From Candidatus Rokuibacteriota bacterium (GTDB taxonomy: Bacteria; JAUVQV01; DATDCY01), in NCBI GenBank assembly GCA_031406795.1, contig JANOHV010000074.1, positions 1-54,292 of the forward strand: DNA of 54,292 nucleotides, written 5' to 3'. The position numbers and the translations under genes were made by a program. The notes beneath the pieces were generated by a model. That model was not told the DNA's origin. It searched no databases and saw only the letters and a list, made by a program, of their open reading frames with translations. Positions within the stretch are counted from its first letter, which is position 1. Each line of letters opens with the position of its first letter. Below, in pieces: positions 28,320 to 36,450 of this stretch.

Positions 28320-30560
28320 ATGGCTGAAGCTACCCCCGGCGGCGAGCCGGAAGTCCGCCCGCTGCCCCCGGCGCTGGACGGAGTGCTGCAGGACCTGGCC
28401 AAAGCGCTGCTCACGTTGGAGCACGCGCTGTGCTTCTATCCCGAGGGACACCAGTCTCGCCAGGCGCCGCTCGAGAGGCTCCTCGAGCTCATGCAGGCGG
28501 AGGCCGCCATCACCGGTGAGGCTTCGCTGGGTTTCGCTGGGGAGACCGTGCACTGGCGCGATGAGCTCTACGGCGAGTTGCCGGCCCCGGTTCGCAAGCT
28601 CTCCACGCTGCTGGGTAACCAGGGCATCGCCCGCCTAAGCTGGACACCGGGGTTGAGCGCCAACGAACTGGAGCACTTCCTCGCCCGGCTGGCGCGCGGT
28701 CGCGGCGCGGGTCGCCGTCAGGGCTGGGACCCGGCGGGAACTTTCGAGAACCTGCGCATCGACGGCCTGGACTACCAGGCGCTGATGGCGCAGGACGCCG
28801 AGGCAGGGGAGAGTTCAAGTGCCGAGCCCCGCCTGCTCTGGCAGGCCCTGTTGCAGCGCACGCTTGCCGCCCCGGCCGGTGAGCTCTCCGCGGCGGAGCT
28901 GCAGCTCTTGCGCGGGCCGTGGGCGGATCCGGCCGCCCTGGCCTCGCTGTTGGCCGAGGCGATCGGGCCGGGCGCGCAGGCCGGCGATCCCGGCGCCGTC
29001 GAATCGGTGCGACGGTTCGCCCGGCTGGTGGAGCAGGCCGCCGCCGAGGGGGAGCCGCTGCCGGCTGGGGAGGCGGAGCGCAAGCTGGGCGCGCTGGCGC
29101 GCCAGCTTCCGGCAGCCTTGCGTCTGAGCCTGCTCGAGGCCACGATGGATCAGCCGGAGCCCGGGCTCTTCCCGGCGGCTTTCGGTTTGCTGGACGCGAA
29201 TGAGAGTGTGACGCTGATTGCCGAGAGCTTTTCTCTGGATCCCGGCCAGATCGGCCGCCTGGCGCACGTCTTCCAGCACCTGATCCCCCGTCAGCTCGAG
29301 CGCATGGAGCTGGCGCCGCGACTGCGGGAGGAGATCCGCCGGGAAGGCGACCCCGACGATCCGCTCGCCGACAATGCCTGGGAGGAGGTTCAGGAGCTGC
29401 TCACCGGGGAGTCGGGAGAGTTCATGTCCGCGGGCTACCAGGAGCAGTTGCGGCTTCTGGCGACGCGGGAGGAGGCGCGGCGTGACGGGGAATCGTCTTT
29501 CGCCGATCTGCCGGAGCTGGCGGCCGATCTGGCGTCGGCGCGCCTGGCCGGTGAGTCGCTCTCGATCCAGATCGAGCAGCTGCGCCTGGCCAGCAGCATC
29601 GAGCGGTACCGCGACGCCCTCGAGGGGGTCGGCGGCCTCTGCGTCGCGGCGCTTGCCGCGGGCGATGGGGAGCGGGGGGTGCGGATCCTGCTGCAGCTGC
29701 TGCAGGTCAACGCGAGCGACGAATTGCTGGCCGGGCCGCGCTCCGAACTCGAGCGTGCGCTCAAGGCGATTGCCACTCCGCAGGTGCTGCAGGCTCTGGT
29801 GCACTCCCAGGGCGGACTCGCCGCCGGGGATCGGGCCGCCTTGCGCAGCTTCTTCTCGCTGGTTTCCGCGGCGGCCGCCCCGGTGGCGCTCGATGCGCTG
29901 GCGGGCGAAGAAGATCCCGGCCGGCGCCGGGAGATCGTGGCGTTGCTTCAGGGTCTCGGGTCCGCCGCGCTGGCGCAGCTGCTGCCGCGGTTGGCCGCCG
30001 CCCCTCCGACCCTGGCGCGGACACTGCTCCCGCTCGTGGCCGAGTTGTGCGATCCCGCCTCGGTGCCGGTGCTCATCGGCCTGCTTGAGCGCGACGATGC
30101 CCGGATGCGTCGCGACGCGCTGCGCGCCCTGCTGAGCATCGATTCCCCCGATGTCCGCCGCGCGCTGCCCGGTCTGCTCGAGGACCCCGACATCGAGATT
30201 GTCCAGATGGCCGCCGCGCACCTGGGCGAGGTCGGCAGCCCGGACACGGTCCGCACCTTGCTCCGGGAGCTGGACACGGGGTTCTTCCTCCGCCGGCGCG
30301 CCGACGAGATGCAGCGGGCGATCTTCGTGCTCGGCCGGATGCGGGCCGCCGAGGCCGTCGGGCCTCTCGCCGAGCTGCTGGGCCGGCGCGGCTGGATCAA
30401 CCGGCGCGCCCGGGAGCGGATCTGCGAGGCCGCCGCGCAGGCGCTGGCACGGATCGGCGGCGATGCCGCGAAAAAGGCGCTGGAGCAGGCGGCCGCCCGC
30501 GGCTCCGAGGGGTTGGCGACGACCTGCGGGCGACTGCTCGCCCGGTGGGGGGCGCCGTGA
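28320..30560 (+). CDS. HEAT-repeat domain protein
   Basis: Leu/Ala-rich helical repeats in the C-terminus (RRDALRAL, AAAHLG, AAAQALARIG); N-terminal FYPEGH motif. Confidence 0.8.
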   Translation: MAEATPGGEPEVRPLPPALDGVLQDLAKALLTLEHALCFYPEGHQSRQAPLERLLELMQAEAAITGEASLGFAGETVHWRDELYGELPAPVRKLSTLLGNQGIARLSWTPGLSANELEHFLARLARGRGAGRRQGWDPAGTFENLRIDGLDYQALMAQDAEAGESSSAEPRLLWQALLQRTLAAPAGELSAAELQLLRGPWADPAALASLLAEAIGPGAQAGDPGAVESVRRFARLVEQAAAEGEPLPAGEAERKLGALARQLPAALRLSLLEATMDQPEPGLFPAAFGLLDANESVTLIAESFSLDPGQIGRLAHVFQHLIPRQLERMELAPRLREEIRREGDPDDPLADNAWEEVQELLTGESGEFMSAGYQEQLRLLATREEARRDGESSFADLPELAADLASARLAGESLSIQIEQLRLASSIERYRDALEGVGGLCVAALAAGDGERGVRILLQLLQVNASDELLAGPRSELERALKAIATPQVLQALVHSQGGLAAGDRAALRSFFSLVSAAAAPVALDALAGEEDPGRRREIVALLQGLGSAALAQLLPRLAAAPPTLARTLLPLVAELCDPASVPVLIGLLERDDARMRRDALRALLSIDSPDVRRALPGLLEDPDIEIVQMAAAHLGEVGSPDTVRTLLRELDTGFFLRRRADEMQRAIFVLGRMRAAEAVGPLAELLGRRGWINRRARERICEAAAQALARIGGDAAKKALEQAAARGSEGLATTCGRLLARWGAP

Positions 30561-31951
30561 GCCAGGCTGAAGACCCGGCGGTCATCGCGCGGCGGGACCT
30601 GGTCCTGGCCCTGCTCAAGGGGCTGTTGACCGCGGTCAAGAGCCGCACGTTCTATCCGGCCGGCCATCCGACGGTGCGCGCCTCGCTGCGCGAACTCGGC
30701 GCGGCCTTCAGCGCTGCGCTCGCCGGCAGCGACCAGGTGGTCGTCGGGCTGATCGGCCGGGATCTGGTCGCCGACGGGCGGGCGCTGCCGCCCGAGGCCC
30801 CGTTCGTGGAGCGCTTCGTGCACGAACTGGCGGTTCGGGAGATCGAGAAGATGACGCTGCTGCGCAGCGCCCGGGCCGAGGAACTCGAGGCGCTGGTCGA
30901 GACGTTCACGATTCCGCCGGAACGCCTGCGGGAGCAGGGCGGCCTGGCCCGGGTGCTTGCGGGGCGCGCGGTGCATGCGGTCCAGATCGGCCGTTTCGCC
31001 CTCGATGAGCAGGAGGAGGCAACGGATCGCGGCGATGTCTGGCACCGGGCGCGCGAAACCTGGCAGCAGGGTCTCGCCGGGGTGCGGGAGATCTCGGAGC
31101 GCGTGCGCGCCGGACGCGCCCTGCGCGGCGGCGAGGCCCGCGAGATCGCGACGCTGCTCATCCAGGGGCTGCGCGGCCAGCGCGGCCCGATGCTCGCGGC
31201 CATCTCCCTGCGCCAGAAGAGCGCGTACACCTTCAGTCACTCGCTCAACGTCTCGCTGCTGATGCTCGCGCAGGTCGAGATGCTCCCCCTGGCCGAGCGG
31301 CAGCTCGAGGAGGTCGCCGCGGCCGGTCTGCTTCACGACCTGGGAAAGCTGCAGATACCGGAGGAAATACTCAACAAGCCCGGCCCGCCGTCCGACGCGG
31401 AGTGGGAGATCCTGCGCCGGCACCCGACGCTCGGCGTCGAGGTCCTCGGGAAGATGCGCGACGCCGGGGATCTGGCGCTGATCGTGGCCTTCGAGCACCA
31501 CCGGCGTTTCGACGGGACGGGCTACCCGTCCTGCCGGCAACCCTGGCCGCTCAATCGAGTCACGGCCCTCTCGGCGATCGCCGACAGCTACGACGCGATG
31601 CGTTCGCATCGCCCGTACGACGCCGGCTGGCCTTGCGAGCGCGTCTACGCGCGGATGCAGCAGCTCTCCGGGACGGCCTACGACCCCGCCCTGCTCGATC
31701 GTTTCTTCCGGATCGTCGGCGTCTTCCCCCCGGGGTCGCTGGTGCGCCTGTCCTCCGGCGCGATCGGCAAGGTCGTTCGCAACCACCCCGTCCTGCACGA
31801 CCGTCCTTTCGTCCGGATCATGCGCACCGCCGCGGGTGTCATCCCGGAGACCGAGAGCCACATCGACCTGTCCCTGGAATTCGAGCGCCACGGCGCCGGG
31901 TCGCTCGCGGTGGCCGAGTCGCTGCCGGATCTCCTGGGCGAAAGCGGGTAG
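30557..31951 (+). CDS. HD-GYP domain protein
   Basis: HSLNV, LHDLGK, EHHRRFDGTGYP, DAMRSHRPY, FPPGSLVRL; GTGA overlap with the HEAT gene. Confidence 0.9.
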   Translation: MSQAEDPAVIARRDLVLALLKGLLTAVKSRTFYPAGHPTVRASLRELGAAFSAALAGSDQVVVGLIGRDLVADGRALPPEAPFVERFVHELAVREIEKMTLLRSARAEELEALVETFTIPPERLREQGGLARVLAGRAVHAVQIGRFALDEQEEATDRGDVWHRARETWQQGLAGVREISERVRAGRALRGGEAREIATLLIQGLRGQRGPMLAAISLRQKSAYTFSHSLNVSLLMLAQVEMLPLAERQLEEVAAAGLLHDLGKLQIPEEILNKPGPPSDAEWEILRRHPTLGVEVLGKMRDAGDLALIVAFEHHRRFDGTGYPSCRQPWPLNRVTALSAIADSYDAMRSHRPYDAGWPCERVYARMQQLSGTAYDPALLDRFFRIVGVFPPGSLVRLSSGAIGKVVRNHPVLHDRPFVRIMRTAAGVIPETESHIDLSLEFERHGAGSLAVAESLPDLLGESG

Positions 31952-32028
31952 CCGGCGCCGCCGGCGCCTGACAAGTTGCGGCCCTGAGCGGAAAGAGTGG
32001 CGACCGTGCTGCTGAAAAGGGGTCAGGC

Positions 32029-33207
32029 ATGAAGAGGAAAGTCCTGTATATTGAAGACAACGAGCAGAATCTCTACCTGGTGACGTTTATCCTGGAGAAG
32101 CACGGGTACGAAGTGCATGCCGCCCTGGATGGTCAGGAGGGAATCGGCAAGGCCGCTGCGGTGCGTCCCGATCTGATCCTGCTCGACATCCAGCTGCCGT
32201 GCATGGACGGTTACGCCGTTGCGCGGCAACTGCGGACGAATTCCGGCCTCGCGGGCATCCCGATCGTGGCGGTCACCTCCTATGCCATGGCGGGAGACCG
32301 GGAGAAGGCGCTCGCGGCGGGATGCAACGGCTACATCGAAAAGCCGATCAACCCCGAAACCTTCATGCAGCAGCTGGAGCAGCATCTCCCGCCGCCGGCC
32401 GCCGGCGCGCCCCGGAGCGAAGATGAGCTGCTCAAGGCGTACAACGAGGTGCTGTTCCGGAAGCTGGAAAAGAAGACGGCCGAGCTGGAGCAGCGGGTGA
32501 GCGAGCGCACCGCGCAGCTGGAAGCCGCCAACCGCGAACTGGAAGCGTTCTCCTACTCTGTGTCGCACGACCTGCGCGCGCCGCTGCGGGCGATCGAGGG
32601 TTTCTCCGCGATCGTGGTCGAGGATTACGGCGAGCGGCTCGACGACGAGGGGCGGCGTCTGCTCGGGGTGGTTCGCGCGAACGCCCGGCGGATGAGCCAG
32701 CTCATCGACGACCTGCTGGTCTTCTCGCGCACGGGGCGCAACGAGATGAAGTGCCGCCGGCTGGACATGGCGGCGATGGCGCGGTCGGTGTTCGAGGAGT
32801 TCGCCTGGGAGGCCGGGGCCCGCGCCCGGGTCGAATTCAGCGTCGGCCCGCTGCCCGCGGCCCTGGGCGACGCCTCCCTCGTGCGGCAGGTGTGGGTCAA
32901 CCTGCTGTCCAACGCGGCGAAATTCTCCGCGTTGAAGGAGCGTTGCGTCATCGAGGTCACCGGTGCGCCCGAGGGGGACCAGAGCGTGTACCATGTGCGC
33001 GACGAAGGCGTCGGCTTCGACATGGGGTGTGCGGAGAGGCTGTTCGGCGTGTTCCAGCGCCTGCACCCGGCGAACCAGTTCGAGGGGACGGGCATCGGGC
33101 TGGCGCTGGTCAAGCGCATCGTCGCGCGCCACGGCGGCCGGGTGTGGGCGGAAGGGAAGGCCGGGCAGGGCGCCACGTTCTCGTTTTCGCTGCCGGCGCC
33201 GCCGTGA
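32029..33207 (+). CDS. Hybrid REC-histidine kinase
   Basis: [35 protein letters not shown]. Confidence 0.92.
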   Translation: MKRKVLYIEDNEQNLYLVTFILEKHGYEVHAALDGQEGIGKAAAVRPDLILLDIQLPCMDGYAVARQLRTNSGLAGIPIVAVTSYAMAGDREKALAAGCNGYIEKPINPETFMQQLEQHLPPPAAGAPRSEDELLKAYNEVLFRKLEKKTAELEQRVSERTAQLEAANRELEAFSYSVSHDLRAPLRAIEGFSAIVVEDYGERLDDEGRRLLGVVRANARRMSQLIDDLLVFSRTGRNEMKCRRLDMAAMARSVFEEFAWEAGARARVEFSVGPLPAALGDASLVRQVWVNLLSNAAKFSALKERCVIEVTGAPEGDQSVYHVRDEGVGFDMGCAERLFGVFQRLHPANQFEGTGIGLALVKRIVARHGGRVWAEGKAGQGATFSFSLPAPP

Positions 33208-35081
33208 GACAGGATCGGCGCCGGGGAGACAGCTCCTGCCAGGCCGCGCCGGTGGCTCCCGCTCCCACCCGCATCCTCATCGTCGAGGATAGCCGCACCC
33301 AGGCCCGGCGCCTGCAGGATCTGCTCGAGGAGCAGGGCTATCGCACCGCCCTCGCTGAAAACGGCCAGGCCGCCCTCGAGCAGATGCCGCTCTTCGAACC
33401 GCACCTGGTGATCAGCGACATCGTGATGCCCGTCATGGACGGGTATGAACTGTGCCGGCGTATCAAGACGGACGCGCAACTCGCGGGCACGCCGGTCTTG
33501 CTGCTGACCTCGCTCTCGGACCCCCGGGACGTCTTGAAGGGTCTGGAATGCCTGGCTGACAATTTCGTCGTCAAACCCTACGAGACGGAAATGCTGCTGG
33601 CCCGCATCGAGGCGATCTTCGAGAACGAGAGACTGCGCGCCGGGGCGCAGAGCGCTGCCGGGGCGGACATCTTCTTCCAGGGCGAACATTTCCACATCGC
33701 CGCGGACCGGCGCCAGATCCTGGACCTGCTGCTCTCGACCTACGAGACGGCGGTGCTCAAACAGCAGGAGCTCTCCCGCGCGCGCGACGAACTTCGGGAT
33801 TTCAACGAACGGCTCGAGCAGCGGGTGGCGGAGCGGACGGCCGAACTCCAACGGGAGATCGGGGAGCGGCAAAAAGCCGAGGAGTCGCTCAGCCGGGCCA
33901 AGCAGCTGCTGCTGAGCGTGACCAACGGCATCGCCGAGAGCATCGTGCTCCTCTCCCGGGACCGGCGGGTGGAGTGGGCCAACACGACCGCGCTCAGGAG
34001 CTACGCCGGTGGTCGCGAAGCGGCCATGCTCGGGAAGCGCTGCTTCGAGGTGTTCCACCGTCTCGAGGCGCCGTGCGAGGAGTCGGGGGTGATCTGCCCG
34101 CTGCAGGGCTGCGGCAGGACCGGGTCTGCGGGCAATTGCACGCAGACTCACGTGAACGGCAGCGGGCAGGCCTTCCCCGTCGAAGTCGGCATCTACCCGA
34201 TCCTCGACGAGCGGGGCGAGGTCGCCCAGTTCGTGCATCTCTCCCGCGATCTGACCGAGCGCATGCGGTTCGAGGAGAACCTGATCAGAACCGCCGAGGA
34301 GTTGCGGCGCGTCGACCAGATGAAGTCGGAGTTCATTTCCGTCGCCTCGCACGAGCTGCGGACACCGTTGACCTCGATCAGCAACGCCGTCGACCTGATG
34401 CTCAAGCGGCGGGCGGGGGAGATCACCGGAACCCAGGAGAATTTCCTGGCGATGGCGCAACGGAACATCGTCCGGCTCGGCCAGCTGATCAACGACATCC
34501 TCAATGTCGCGAAGATCGAATCCGGGAAGATGGAGCTGCACTACGGCGAGGCGGACATCGTCGCGCTCGTCGGCAACGTGCTGAACACGATGAAACCGCA
34601 GGCCGACGCGAAAGCCATCGAGCTGCGCGCGGAAATCCCGCCGGGGCTCCCGAGGATCCCGATGGACAGCGCCCGGATCGAGCAGGTGCTGCTGAACCTG
34701 GTCGGCAATGCCGTGAAGTTCACCCCCGACCGGGGCCGGGTGACGGTGCGGGCGCGGCTGGCGGCAGGCGGCGCGCTCCCGTCGTCGGGGGCGGGAGCGT
34801 TCCTGGAGATCGCCGTGAGCGACACCGGCATCGGGATCTCCGCGCAAGACTTGGAGCACATTTTCGAGAAGTTCTACCAGGCCGAGGATTCGCTCACGGA
34901 TCGGGAGCGGGCGGGGACGGGTCTGGGTCTGGCGATCGCCCGCGGTCTCGTGGAAAAGCACGGGGGGGAGCTCTCGTGCGTCAGCGCGGTCGGCGAAGGG
35001 AGCACCTTCCGGTTCACGCTTCCTTTCGGCGGCAAGCAGGAGCGATCGCCCGGGGGACCGGCGAAGACGGGGGCGGCATGA
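33204..35081 (+). CDS. Hybrid REC-PAS-histidine kinase
   Basis: ILIVEDS, ISDIVMP, Cys-rich [16 protein letters not shown]; start is GTG 33204 (overlapping the upstream TGA) or GTG 33252. Confidence 0.88.
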   Translation: MRQDRRRGDSSCQAAPVAPAPTRILIVEDSRTQARRLQDLLEEQGYRTALAENGQAALEQMPLFEPHLVISDIVMPVMDGYELCRRIKTDAQLAGTPVLLLTSLSDPRDVLKGLECLADNFVVKPYETEMLLARIEAIFENERLRAGAQSAAGADIFFQGEHFHIAADRRQILDLLLSTYETAVLKQQELSRARDELRDFNERLEQRVAERTAELQREIGERQKAEESLSRAKQLLLSVTNGIAESIVLLSRDRRVEWANTTALRSYAGGREAAMLGKRCFEVFHRLEAPCEESGVICPLQGCGRTGSAGNCTQTHVNGSGQAFPVEVGIYPILDERGEVAQFVHLSRDLTERMRFEENLIRTAEELRRVDQMKSEFISVASHELRTPLTSISNAVDLMLKRRAGEITGTQENFLAMAQRNIVRLGQLINDILNVAKIESGKMELHYGEADIVALVGNVLNTMKPQADAKAIELRAEIPPGLPRIPMDSARIEQVLLNLVGNAVKFTPDRGRVTVRARLAAGGALPSSGAGAFLEIAVSDTGIGISAQDLEHIFEKFYQAEDSLTDRERAGTGLGLAIARGLVEKHGGELSCVSAVGEGSTFRFTLPFGGKQERSPGGPAKTGAA

Positions 35082-35184
35082 CGGGATTGCGTCAGCGGGA
35101 TTCGCGACCGGTGCTAAGATGCAGCAAAGACGTCGCGCGGCAGTGCCGCGGCAACCTGCCCGGCAGCTGCGAAGGCGGAGGGCC

Positions 35185-35556
35185 ATGAAGAACCGGCGAG
35201 TGCTCATCGTGGACGATGAACCGGATGTCGTCGAGTCGATCGCGTTCCGCCTCGGGATCGAGCACATCGAGTGTCTCGCGGCCGGCGACGGGGCCGAAGG
35301 CCTGAGGATGGCGCAGGAGCTGCTGCCGGATCTCGTCATCCTCGACGTCATGATGCCGAAGCTGACCGGGTACAAGGTGGCGCGTGCGCTGAAGCAGGAC
35401 GCGCGGTGCCGGCACATCCCGATCATCATGCTGACGGCGCGGTCCCAGGCCGGCGACCGGATGATCGGGGTCGACTCCGGCGCGGAAGAGTACATGACCA
35501 AACCCTTCGATCTGGACGAACTGACCGGGAAGGTCCTGAAGCTCCTCGAGAGGTGA
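35185..35556 (+). CDS. Single-domain response regulator
   Basis: VLIVDDEP, ILDVMMP, TKPF; GGAGG RBS. Confidence 0.9.
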   Translation: MKNRRVLIVDDEPDVVESIAFRLGIEHIECLAAGDGAEGLRMAQELLPDLVILDVMMPKLTGYKVARALKQDARCRHIPIIMLTARSQAGDRMIGVDSGAEEYMTKPFDLDELTGKVLKLLER

Positions 35557-35559
35557 GAA

Positions 35560-36447
35560 ATGGTGGTGGCCGACGTGAACCGCGACGCGGACGCGCTCGC
35601 ACCTCCGGCAGGCCCGGACCAGGGCGGGGTCCTGGCCGTGATGCGTGAGGTGCATGGGCTCGACATCTCCTGCTGCGGCGCGGCGTTTCTCGCCCGGTCG
35701 CTCGAGAAGCGACGGGGGAGCACCGCCTGCGGGAGCGCGGCCGCCTACCTCGAGCGCCTCGCGGACGATCGTGTGGAGGCCGAGGCGCTCTTCGGTTCGC
35801 TGCGCGTCGGCTACAGCGAATTCTTCCGGGACCCGCTGGCCTTCGCCCTGCTCGAGCGGGCGATCCTGCCCGAGCTCGCGGAGCAGCGAGCCCGCGACGG
35901 CGGGAAGGAGATCCGGGTCTGGTCGGCGGGGTGCGCGAGCGGGCAGGAGGCCTGGTCCGTGGCGATCCTGCTGTCCGAATTGTGCGCCGCGCCGGGGCGC
36001 GCCGTCCCGTATCGGGTTTTCGCCACCGACCTCTGCGAACCGGACCTGGCCGCGGCTCGCGCCGGGGTGTACGGCGCCGAGGCCGTCGGGAATGTCCGCG
36101 CGCGGCACCTGCGGGATTACTTCGTCCGGCACGGCGAGTCGTATGCCGTGGCCGCCGCGCTCAGGGGACGGGTCGATTTCTCCGTCTACGATCTGCTGGA
36201 CGAGTGCACGAACTGTCCGCCGGCGAGCATCTACGGCGACATGGACCTTGTGCTCTGCTGTAACGTCCTGCTCTATTACCGACCCGAGGCGCAGCGCGTC
36301 ATCCTGGAGAAGGGGCGGCGCTGCCTGGCGCCCGGCGGGTATCTGGTCACCGGGGAAACCGAGCGGCAGATCGTGGAAAGCGGCGGCGGTTTTCGCGCGG
36401 TGTCCCCACCCGCGGCGGTCTATCGGAAAACCACGCGAAGGAGCTGA
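35560..36447 (+). CDS. cheR: CheR-family protein-glutamate O-methyltransferase
   Basis: EFFRD, RVWSAGCASGQEAWS, FATD, DLVLCCNVLLYY, LAPGGYL. Confidence 0.88.
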   Translation: MVVADVNRDADALAPPAGPDQGGVLAVMREVHGLDISCCGAAFLARSLEKRRGSTACGSAAAYLERLADDRVEAEALFGSLRVGYSEFFRDPLAFALLERAILPELAEQRARDGGKEIRVWSAGCASGQEAWSVAILLSELCAAPGRAVPYRVFATDLCEPDLAAARAGVYGAEAVGNVRARHLRDYFVRHGESYAVAAALRGRVDFSVYDLLDECTNCPPASIYGDMDLVLCCNVLLYYRPEAQRVILEKGRRCLAPGGYLVTGETERQIVESGGGFRAVSPPAAVYRKTTRRS

Positions 36448-36450
36448 TCG

